DNA from: Amoeboaphelidium protococcarum X5
Taxonomy: Eukaryota > Fungi > Aphelidiomycota
Assembly (NCBI GenBank): GCA_023515725.1
Contig: JALDTO010000098.1
Coordinates: forward strand, 214,615-278,614
Direction: 5' to 3'
DNA: 64,000 bases
The position numbers and the translations under genes were made by a program. The notes beneath the pieces were generated by a model that was given only the letters and a program-made list of their open reading frames with translations, had not been told where the DNA came from and searched no databases. Positions within the stretch are counted from its first letter, which is position 1, and each line of letters opens with the position of its first letter. Below, in pieces: positions 53,984-64,000 of the stretch.

Positions 53984-56098
53984 TTGTGTATTGTGTAGAA
54001 GCAGTATGAGCATAAATAATACAAGAAAGGTCTTAAGAATACTGATGCCATTCTGAAAAAGTTTCCAGAGAATGGAGAGACTTTGGCCATGCGTGGACTA
54101 TTCCTAAGTCATCTGGACAATAAGAAGGAAGCGTATGAGTGCGTGAAGAAGGGTCTCCGCTTCAATCTGACGTCGTCTATTTGTTGGCACGTGTATGGAC
54201 TGCTGTATAGAAGCGATAAGAATTATGAAGAGGCTGTGAAGTGTTACAAGAATTCACTCAAGTATGATAAAGAGAACATTCAAGTAATGCGAGACTTTGC
54301 CTTCCTCTAGGTGCAGATGCGCGACTTTGATGGACTGGCTGAGAGTATGCACACTCTGCTCACTTTAAAGTCTAATCAGAGAATGTATTGGATTGGGTTT
54401 GCTCTTGCCAATTATTTGAAAGGTAATCAGGAGGCAACTCGTCGCGTACTTGATGCTTATGAAGGAACTGTGACCGTTAATACTGACAAGCCTGATTATG
54501 AGCATTCTGAGTTTGTATTATGGAAGGCGCATATTCTCTCCTAGTATGAGGACTATCCTTCAGCTATAAAATATCTGTTGGATAATAAAAAGTTGGTTTT
54601 GGACACTATGAATTATAATAGAATTCTTGGAGATATTTATGTCAAGTCTGAGGAGTGGACAGAAGCAGAGAGGGTGTATTTACAGTTGGTTGATAGAAAT
54701 AGCGAAAGTCGAGTGTTTATAGAAGCTTTGGTGGATGTTAAGCGGAAGTTGAATCCAGAAGAAAGTGCATATCAGGTGCTGTGTGATCTTCAAGCCATCT
54801 ACTCTAGATCTAATATGATTGCCAGACTCAAGCTATTACTCAACGATTGTACTGATTAGGAGAATTTCAAGCAGGATTTACATAATTTCATTCTCAAGTA
54901 TTTGCGTAAAGGTGCACCATCTCTGTTTGTTCTCATCGCACCTCTTTATGAGTCTGGCAAGAAGGACGTTATTTTTATAATCGAATAGATCCTCTCCGAT
55001 TTGGGAGAGAATACAAGTAAAAATGAAAGCCCTACGTTTACTTTATGGCTTCAGTACCTGATGGCTCATCACCATTTGAAGATGAATTAGCCAGAGAAGG
55101 CGTTAGTCGATATAGATGCTGCTATTGAGCATACTCCAACTCAAGTTGAATGTTATATGCTAAAAGCTAGAGTCTTGAAGCATCTTAATAGATTAACTGA
55201 GGCTGCAGAATGTATGAATACTGCTCGAGTGATGGATTTGTAAGATAGATATCTGAATACTAAGGCTGTGAAATATTATCTTCGTGCAGACATGATTGAT
55301 GAAGCTGAGGACTGTATCAATTTGTTTACAAAGAATGGCAACTTTGAAGAGAAGGCTATGGATCTTGTGGAGATGTAGTGTCTATGGTATATTATAGAGC
55401 GTGCAAACTCTCATCTCAGGTTAAAGCAGTACGGTCTGGCGTTGAGATACTTTAACTATGTCTGCACCGTATTCGAGGAGATTTATGATGATCAATTTGA
55501 TTTCCACGCTTATTGTCTGCGTAAACTCACTCTGTGCTCATACTCACAGTTTCTAAAGTTTGTGGATGAGTTTTATGCTATTTAGAAGGCTTACATTCAG
55601 TGCGCTGTTGGCATATCTGAAATTATGTTGTTAAGATTAAAAGATTAAGCAGGCGTCGTGGATAAGTATCTTGCAGACGTACCCAGATTGGAGGAGAAGT
55701 ACAACTAAAGGCTTGAGGCATCTATTGAATTAGCCAAAGATGGCAAAAAGACGGATGTCAAATCTACTGGACCAAAGGCTGAAGATAAGTTTGGAGTGGA
55801 ATTGCTCACTTGTAAAGCACCTACTGAATTTGCTATTAAAGTTCTTTCACCTGCTCTTAAATCGGAATCAGATAGTTTCGCTCTTTACCGTGCCGCCACG
55901 CAAGTATTTATATAGGATGGAAAGTTGTTGCTGGCTGTAAAGTCTCTAAACAAGGCTACTTAGTTGGCCAAGTCGGACTCAGAGCAACGGATGGCTACTG
56001 ATCTCAAAGCTGAAGTCTAACGTTTGATAGAAGGATGGAAGGTGGAAGGCAAATTGTCCGCTTTAGCCTTGGATGTCTTGGAGAAGGTTAAAATTTGA
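53820..56098 (+). CDS. NAA15: NatA auxiliary subunit Naa15/Nat1; intron 53892-53998
   Basis: [13 protein letters not shown]|[60 protein letters not shown]. Confidence 0.94.
53935..53980. repeat. (AT)23 microsatellite inside the NAA15 intron
   Basis: Directly visible perfect dinucleotide run. Confidence 0.95.
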
Positions 56099-56158
56099 GC
56101 ACTTATCGTGTGCATAGATTGAATGAATATCATGCTATTAATCTAACATATACTGTAA

Positions 56159-56773
56159 TCACATATCAATTTCATCAAATTTTGTGCAGGCATTCACCAG
56201 ATGGATCGGAATATCTGTCAATTCATCCATTCTATAATCTTGATACAACTCTGCATTGCCTGTCAACTCGGTAGACGACGAACTATCTTCATTTCGCTTT
56301 ATAGACGCCATCCTGAGTTCATCATCTATATAACTAACATCATCGTCATTTGAGAGTCTGTTGGATGCAGAATATGATTACTACGAATTAGACCGTCGAG
56401 ACTTGGAACTTTTAGTAAATTACCCACTACTACTACTACTACTATCATACTGCCTGATTATGCTGTGACGATCGGTAAGAGTTTTGTAACTGTCCAGCGG
56501 CGGCGAAGTACTGACCATATAAGCCATGGCGACGGCGACCAGAGTAAGGAGCGACACTATAAAGAAGACGGGGATAGCAATGCCCCAGTACCTGGCGACA
56601 TAGTACGTGACACCATACGCATGCAGGGTGGCCTCAGGTAGGTACGCCCACGCAAGATAAACTCCGTACAATAAGAAACTAATCAAGTAAGTGCCAAATC
56701 CATAATACTCATAACTATTATCCTAATTATTATTCCCGCCCTCTTGTTCAACTTCTTTGGAATCGCCTTTCAT
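56159..56773 (-). CDS. GPI19: GPI-GlcNAc transferase subunit PIG-P/Gpi19
   Basis: 204 aa. EYYGFGTYL..YLAWAYLP..L..YGVTYY..RYWGIAIP, TSPPLDS..TLTD, DIPIHLVN. Confidence 0.88.
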
Positions 56774-56908
56774 ATCAAATTGTTTTTTAACGGATACAGT
56801 GAGGATATGATGGTGGTGGAAAATAGATTGAAACAATAAATTTATCGCAAAAGATCTCGGAGGAAGACAAAAACATAACATGGAGATAATAAAATAATAC
56901 TTCATACT

Positions 56909-58630
56909 TCACACAAACTTTTTGTTATATTCCAATTGCTTAATGATCTAGTCCAGCTCCTCTTTCAGATCAGACTCAAACTAATTCAACAGAGCAGGGG
57001 TATCATCCTACTCCTACTAAGAAAGCGGACTAGTACGCGTGATATCAATTAAAATGGGCATCAACTCGACAGTATTTAATTTGGCAGAGAATTTAGGCAA
57101 CAGAGCCACATGTGACCACTTGAGATCATCGTGCTTAACTTTGCATTTCAACATTGTACTCAGTGCCTCCTTTGCAACAATCATAGGGTCCTTCTAATCA
57201 GCATCGAATAACTCACGATTCAAATGAGGAAATTCAACCACTTCACGATCATCCAACGCTGCCGACATAGATGATGGACGCCGATTCCAACCGGATAGAC
57301 CGCAGAATGTAGGCTGTTGAGAAATGAATCGAATGTGAAAGCAGAACGGCATCAGTAGTGCATATTAACCGCTGAGTACTACGACACGACATTTAGTATC
57401 CCAAACACGATTCCACAAATCAGCTTCCTACTACAACTCCTGCAACTAATTTTCACGCTCAAAGGGGAACTTGACGACGCATAGATGGCCTCGACTTGTA
57501 CATCAGAGAGCTACCCTCCCATCACCACCGCGATGATAGTAATTCAGGATATAAAAGTTGTTATACTGGCAACTGGGGAACTTGTACGAGAATGAAGTTA
57601 ACGACTGAGGGAGTGACTCATAGGTAAAGCCATCCTTAGTCGCGAGGATATACTTTCTTTGAGGCTAAAGGAAACTTTAGAAAGGCGCTATAGGAGTCCT
57701 GCTTACTTTGTAAAGCAGAGACACTAACGCTTCTACCAGATCCACCTCAGAATGGTCATATACGCGTGAAGCATAAACAATAACTTTCCCAGAGCTGATT
57801 GAACAATCATTTGCCGTCATAATCGCAGAACTGCAAAGCTCATCATACTTCTATTAGTCAGTTTCCTACGCAGCTTCATTAGTATCTTCAAACCACAAAA
57901 TTCGCCACTTCTCATAGGTGGTCAAAACTCCAAAGACATACCTGACATTAAATGAGTTTCGTAAATCAACCATATAGTCCACAACTGAGAATAGCGAATC
58001 CATCGAGGACCCAGGAATCTTCACTTCACATACACTTGCGACTTGCTTGGTATCAGTAACTAAAGTAGTTACATCAACACGGTTTTGATGCTTCGACATA
58101 ATTCGAGAGATAGAAAACATAACCTCTTATTTGACCTCTAATTTCTTGAACAGGCCAGAAAGCTTCAAACAGTCAATGACAGTGGCTCTTACATAAGTCT
58201 AGATATCTATTTCTCTACTCCATGTGCCTAACGAACCAGATTCAGCTTCATTCCAGAGTCCTGAGAAAGCCCTTCGACTAAACTTATCACGCTTAAATTC
58301 GTCCAAAATTCCAAAAGAGCCGTCTAATTTAATTATTTTGAAATTGTATACAGACTGAGCTCTAGTTGTGCTTTTAGTAGAAGAGAATTCTCTATCTCCA
58401 AGAGGAGGTAGTGCATATACAGCAGGCGAACGATACTGACTCTGAAAAAAATTGTAAATGTCATCTCCATCATGAGGACGGAGTCTTAGCCAGTTATCCT
58501 CATTTCGCCTTCTCCATATTTCAATCGTAGCTTCAGCATCTTCATTAAGTTGGTCAATCAGATCTTGAGGAATAGGTTTCAATACATTTAACAGTTCAAG
58601 CAGATTACTTTGCATAGTTTCAGTCGACAT
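56909..58630 (-). pseudogene. Crinkler-like header + PD-(D/E)xK REase + kinase-like gene with one in-frame TGA (57503-57505)
   Basis: NRVD..VCEVK..FGVLTTYEKW REase-like segment, then GGDGRVAL*CTSRG..VVKF, QEADLW, HDDLKWSHV and LIDIT kinase-like motifs. The frame is otherwise open for 573 codons. Confidence 0.7.
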
Positions 58631-58807
58631 TTTAGTCCCCGTTTCTTTCTCAAAGTGCAGTGATTACTAGAGTATATGAAGAAAGAAAAGAGAGCGCATT
58701 TCTACCAGGAGACGCGTCTTCTCCTCGCCTTTTTGTTCTTTTGCTTGTAAATATTCTGAAACGGAAAATTATAGAAATTGAAGCAAGCTAATAGACAGCG
58801 AGACATT

Positions 58808-59599
58808 ATGCAGGGAATTATATTATCGGAAAAGTCTTCTTTGATTACCAAGGAGTAGGAGCTGGTGGAGGCCACTATAAAGGTGCTCAGGTAGCATTAT
58901 GAAAGATCAATTGAGGATTTGAAGCGATTGGAGTTGATGAAAAGGAGAGCCTTGGATGATCCTGAGGCGTACATTAACACTCATCTATTGAAGACGTTAC
59001 CTCTTGGGGATGGAGATGAAGACATTGCGGTAGAATGTAAACGGATTAAAGAGAGGCGCGATTTTGCTGTGCGCAATTATGGAATCCATGAGGTGAATTG
59101 GAAGGAGATTTATTGCCGCGGTGTCAGAATTCCAGAGGGTGTATACTCTAACAGCCATATAGATTCCGCATAGAATCATTCTATTGATCCTGTGCTGCGT
59201 CCACTTGGTGAGAAACGGCGCCCACTTAGTGAAAAGGTGTCTAATGCTCTGCGTAAATATGGAGGTGAATCCGCTAATGGGCAGCGAAATTCCAGTCTAA
59301 TACCCCTGTCCGCCAGCACTTCAATCGATAGCATCCCTGGTCTTGTTGACTCTAGGTACAACTCGCCGCGTATTCCAGAGCATGATGAAGATAATAGTTG
59401 CGGTAAAGATGGTCTTCATTCCGCCACTACTGCTCCACATGCAGCAGCGAAATCATCACAGTAAGCTGGTAAATTGCAGTAGAGTGCGCGTCGCCGATCG
59501 CGAGCGAATTTGGCGCGTCTCGCCAGTCGTTCTGACAATGACGATGATGACGATTAACAATAGGGCGATGAAGACTTTGAAATCAATGGCTAGAACTGA
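58808..59599 (+). CDS. Protein resembling the ZZZ3 coiled-coil region (no Myb/ZZ domain seen)
   Basis: 263 aa. ATIKVLRQHYERSIEDLKRLELMKRRALDDPEAYI resembles ZZZ3 TIAVLE.Q...DL..L.....AL..P..FV. Confidence 0.55.
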
Positions 59600-60728
59600 T
59601 GCAGCGTTGCGTCTGTCTTAATAATATCATAGTTTGAAATGTTTTAATAATAATTATCGTTGTGTATATCGACCAATTCTCTTTACATCTTCATAGAAGC
59701 GGCGCTTGCATAGTAACACCGGCCGTTAGTATAGTATTGGCGGAAGTCAAGTGCCGAAAGTATTTGATAGTGCACTGGTATAGCGGCATAAAATTATGGC
59801 TGCTACTACGCCCGGTCTAGTAGATAGAGCACGTAAGGCTGACAAGTATTTGAGACAAGAAGTATCGGAACGCTTGTTGGATAGATTATACGATTTCAAG
59901 GCTGATTATCGACAATTTACACGAGTACTAGATTTTGGCTCAGGATCTGGATTTTTAAAATCTCTTGTTGATTAGGAAGATATTTATCATGAAGATTTTG
60001 GAGTAAAAGAATTGGTTTAATACGATTTAGATGCTGCTATACTGGAACGCGATTCTGATATTTCGAGTGGGAATAAGTCCATTACCAATGTTATCGGCGA
60101 GATAGATGGTGTGCGCCTGCCGTTTAAGGATAATGAATTTAATCTTATCGTGAGTTCAATGTCAATGCACTGGATTAATGATATACCAGGAACTTTAAGT
60201 GAGTTGTACCGAGTTCTGAAGCCAAACTGTCCTCTGTTGATTGCAATGCCTGGAAATGACACGCTGTATGAGTTGCGATCGTCACTGATATTGGCCGAGC
60301 AGGAACGACATGGATTCATTGGCCCTTCGCGCATATCTCCGATGATGAAGAGTTCTGATTTGGCTGGTCTATTGGGCCATAGCGGCGCTAACTTTCAAGT
60401 TGTCACTGTGGATGTTGATGAGCTGACGATCTTGTACCCGGACGTGTTTGAGCTAATGCGCGATCTCCAAGCGATGGGTGAGAGTAATGCATCAATTCTC
60501 TCCGGTGGTCAGCCTTTGTCAAAGGATGTCTTACTGGCTCTTGATCCTGTATACAAGGCAATGTATGGAACACAGTTGGACGCGGATTAGAATGAAGGTG
60601 ATGCTAAGGGTGAAGACCTCATTCCGGCTACGTATTCTATAATTTATGCAATCGGTTGGAAAGACGGAGAAAATGTGCCAAAACCAGCTGAACGCGGCTC
60701 AGCGACAAAGTCACTAAAGGACATATGA
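59586..60728 (+). CDS. NDUFAF5: Mitochondrial complex I assembly factor NDUFAF5 (methyltransferase fold); start uncertain
   Basis: KVFD..YLRQEVSERLLDRL.D, LDFGSGSG, SSMSMHWINDIPG, DTLYELRSSL.LAEQER, DLQAMGESNA, ERGSATKSLKDI. Confidence 0.9.
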
Positions 60729-61509
60729 ACATTATATTGATAATGTGGTTAATTGTTACGCGTTTATTTAACTTTGTCTGATTTCTTGACACCTCATGCA
60801 CTATTATACGTAATGCATGGGCTCTAATATAATCAATTCATCTTGGTATGTGATAAAATCGCGTCAACTCAGCGAATGAACATAAAATCAAAAGCACCGA
60901 AAATATCGACAAAATACCTTGATGAAGAAAAGAGAAGTGTTCAAATCTTATCACTTTTTATTCGTATTGGTGAAAACTTTTTGAATATGTTTTGCAATAT
61001 TCCCGTGGCATTTCTCTATTGAAATGGCAACTTTACACAATGAGAGTATACAAGTGAAATATACTGTATATCAAAGGCGATATCAAAAAGCTCAACAAGC
61101 GAAAAGCATATAAATGTAGCATATGTGCAAGAATATTTATGTTAATCTTACTAATAAAAATAAATGTACGGATTTATCCACACAGCAATAAAACTGACAA
61201 TTTTATTGGAGCTCTATTGAATCCGGTCCATCTAAGAAGCATATGGAAATTAATGGCCACGGTGATATGCCACTATTTTCGAGAGCTTCTACTTTGCAAT
61301 TAAGGAGAAGAGAAGTGAGCTGATGAAGATTTCGCAGTTTCGGTTGATCGACGCGTCAATTTCAGTCTCTCTTATCACATTTATACGCGAAACCGTTGCA
61401 TATAACGGATTGACTATTCTCAAATACTCAACTCATCAAATATTGAAACGCGTGAAATAATATGACCTGCTTGATAAAGAAAAAGAAAAGAATATAAACT
61501 AGTGTGAAA

Positions 61510-63453
61510 TCAGCCAGTGTTATTGGAAGATACAGCCTCTTCACTCTTCTGACCGCTAATGGTTGCGACTTTGCCAGAAGGACCATCAGCAGAAGAAGAA
61601 GCACCATTGTCGCCCAGAGACTTGCCACTTGCATATTCACCTTCAGTCTTCTGATCCGATTCCGTCGATGGCTTGAAAGTTCTACGCTGAGACTTTGGAA
61701 GAACCCACATTTACCAATCTTCAACTCGTCTAACGCGTCCATCAACAACTTCGATCAACGAGCTTAGTTTAATAGTCTACACACATTATGTAGTATAATT
61801 ATGGTTAGTACTCTTTTCCAAAAATGGAGAGTGCAATGTCGTTGGCCAGGTAACTAGTTATTGAATATCCTGATATTCTCATTAAATCAGAATCATCACA
61901 TTGATTCAGAGAGATTCCCATCTGATACGATTAAAATCATTGAATATCAGGACCCGACAATTACTTACACCTGACCAAAGACGACATCAACACTATCCAC
62001 AACTAAAAAATCAAATTCTTACCTCAGTGATTAAAGCGACATCAGACGTGACATTCTTCATTCTAGGGAAGGAAGCAATGACATCAATAGACACAAAGCC
62101 TTCATCATCCATAAAGGATCTAAAGTACGTATCATGGATCAGATTCTCAATACTGAAATAGTACTCAACCTGACGAATGACAAAGTGTCTGATGGAGTCC
62201 ATCTCCATGGCAGATTGCACATAAGCATAATATGCCTGAGGATTACCATACTCATACGCATAATTAGCTCCATAAGGTCCTGGCATCATCGCCTGAGGAC
62301 CACCAGCACCAGGTTGACCTATAAATGGTTGCTGCTGTTAACCTTGTTGCATCATTTGTTGCTACTGAGCCACTGGAGGATATACACTGCCGTTGCTGTA
62401 ATATCTTGGCTGACCACTATTGTAGCCGCGGCCGCCACCTCTACCACGACCACCTCGTCCTCTGTAGTAACCACCAGTATTGCTGTTGTTATAATAGCCA
62501 CCAGAGGATTGACTATGAGTACTTCCACTCTAGTACCCATTACCGTGATAGCCAGCGTATCCAGAAGCTGAAGACACTGCGCGATCAGACTTTTGAGCAG
62601 GCGACACTCTGGCAGGCTGAGATGCTCTTTAATCAGGCGAAGAAGAAGGACTCAGCTACTACTAAGAGCGCCCAGATGACGCGTTTCCACTGCCATTGCC
62701 ATCTGCAGCAGAAGCTAAAGCTTTCTGACCATCATTGACTGCTACAGGGTCGGCCAATTGAATATCGCCCACTTTGGAGGCAATTTCATCACTCTTGTTC
62801 ATATCAACAGTAGATTAGTCGAGCTAAGACTATCCACTTTAATCTTTAGCCTCACTAGCAATACTCAGCTCAGATGAGGATGAAGAATTTTATTACTTTT
62901 CTGAAATTGACGCGCCAACTGATGTTTGCCCCTGTTACTACTACTACTACTATTACTATGATTACTACGGCGGCTATTGTGGAATCTTCAATTTTCTCTC
63001 TGCCCACACGTTGACAGCAGGAGTAACCGAAGGCGTCTATTGATTAGATGAGCTAGACTTTGGTGTAGTGTCTTTGACTAATTATTAAGAAGCAGAACCT
63101 TAATCTTCATCACCATCAGATTTTCGCGATTTCTAACTCTCAACGGGAGCGGATCTATGTGACTGAGATTTATTACTACTATTCGCATTTCTACCAGCTT
63201 ATTTAGAATTGGCATTCTACCCAGCACTTTACGACGTGTTCTTACTCTTAAGCAAATCTGCAAAACTCATCTTCTTCAATGGGGCGGCAGACGCCTCTTT
63301 CAATATCGTCGAACCAGTCTCATTAGTATTCTACTATGATGATTTACCAGCATTTGATGTCAAAGTATCCAATTCTTTTGAGGCCTTCTTTTTATCAGAA
63401 TGAACAATATTACTATCCATCTGCATAGGATCTCTAACTTCGTCAGTTGTCAT
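61510..63453 (-). CDS. La-related RNA-binding protein (LARP1/Sro9-like); intron 61777-62022
   Basis: PAVNVW motif, RGG-rich region, La motif IRQVEYYFSIENLIHDTYFRSFMDDEGFVSIDVIASFPRMKN, completed after the intron by LIEVVDGRVRR..DWQMWVLP. Confidence 0.9.
61827..61997 (-). other. Long intronic RNA stem-loop in the LARP intron
   Basis: Nested complementary arms: AUGUCG/CGACAU, UUGGUCAGGU/ACCUGGCCAA and a perfect 11-bp UCCUGAUAUUC/GAAUAUCAGGA, plus inner hairpins. Confidence 0.75.
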
Positions 63454-64000
63454 TTATAATGTTCGAGCGTGTTCAATAGAGATTCAAAATAGTAATGATA
63501 TAGCAATGTCTTCGAGAACAATCAAACCAGAGCTGTATGGTCAGTCAGTCAGTAGTAGCGATATTACGGGTATTCACAAAATGAAGGCTTTCAATAATAC
63601 TGCGGTAATATATTAAGCGCGTCTACACAGAAGGCAGGCAGTATACAGCGGGACTATATGAATGAAGCTAATATAAATTCACACACTAGAGTGATGACTG
63701 ATTGTCGCAAAGGAAGAATCAAGGCGGCCCAGCTGGCGAAGAAAATTCAATTTTCGGTTGGGTTCGAATCACTCGGCCGCGTACTCCGCTCAATTGCATG
63801 CATGCTTCCACATAACGATTGCGATTCGCGGGATGTAATTCAGATTAAATGGGACTCTGTTTTAAGATTATACAAGATTTTATTGATTAACTTTCAATAG
63901 TTGCTGCAACTAACTTTGTAGAATTATTTACCTTATTGAGTACGACTTTATCGCCATGATGGAAAGTCACTTTCGAATACGCGAAGACTTGTTTCGTTAC

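Noticed and set aside
61815-61856. U1 snRNA-like words (UUACCUGGC, AUUGCACUC, AUUUUUG) in the LARP intron
   Set aside because: Spacing is far too compressed for U1, the 5' AUAC and stem-loop I are missing, and the words mostly form the 3' arm of the long hairpin.
1-64000. Apparent mass pseudogenisation (hundreds of in-frame stops; short ORFs in the track)
   Set aside because: Nearly all interruptions are TAA/TAG at Gln positions in essential genes, which code reassignment explains.
63957-64000. Possible start of a plus-strand gene (MMESHFRIREDLFRY) at the window edge
   Set aside because: Too little sequence to support a call.

Overview
Compact, gene-dense eukaryotic (opisthokont, fungus-like proteome) nuclear DNA that uses a non-standard genetic code. 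TAA and TAG are read as Gln and TGA is the only stop (translation table 6), so the supplied ORF track is fragmented and misses whole genes. Re-translating by hand with table 6 gives about 36 genes or pseudogenes, mostly intronless or with short 48-107 nt introns. They include SPT5, polyprenol reductase, FAX/metaxin-like GST, SFT2, a PCL cyclin, PAM16, a TLC protein, a GRIP golgin, an ARAP-like Arf/Rho GAP, a NIMA kinase, CAF40, GDPD, RPL4, an eIF4E, a SET methyltransferase, a mitochondrial carrier, SSF1, GRASP, Yippee, a phosducin-like protein, an M28 protease, SAM50, NAE1, a bHLH factor, NSE2, NDK, NAA15, PIG-P, NDUFAF5 and a La-related protein. The code plus the fungus-like proteins suggest an aphelid such as Amoeboaphelidium protococcarum (inference). 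Candidate effector or toxin genes are interspersed among the housekeeping genes: a tandem secreted orphan family, a signal-peptide plus BTB/POZ protein, two damaged Tse2-like ADP-ribosyltransferase copies flanking an F-box-like gene, and Crinkler-like REase and REase-kinase genes. Non-coding signals include an extended TGTAG splice acceptor, an oriented (T/G)CGCTCT upstream motif, and a long RNA stem-loop filling the LARP intron. All coordinates and family calls are manual, with no database search.
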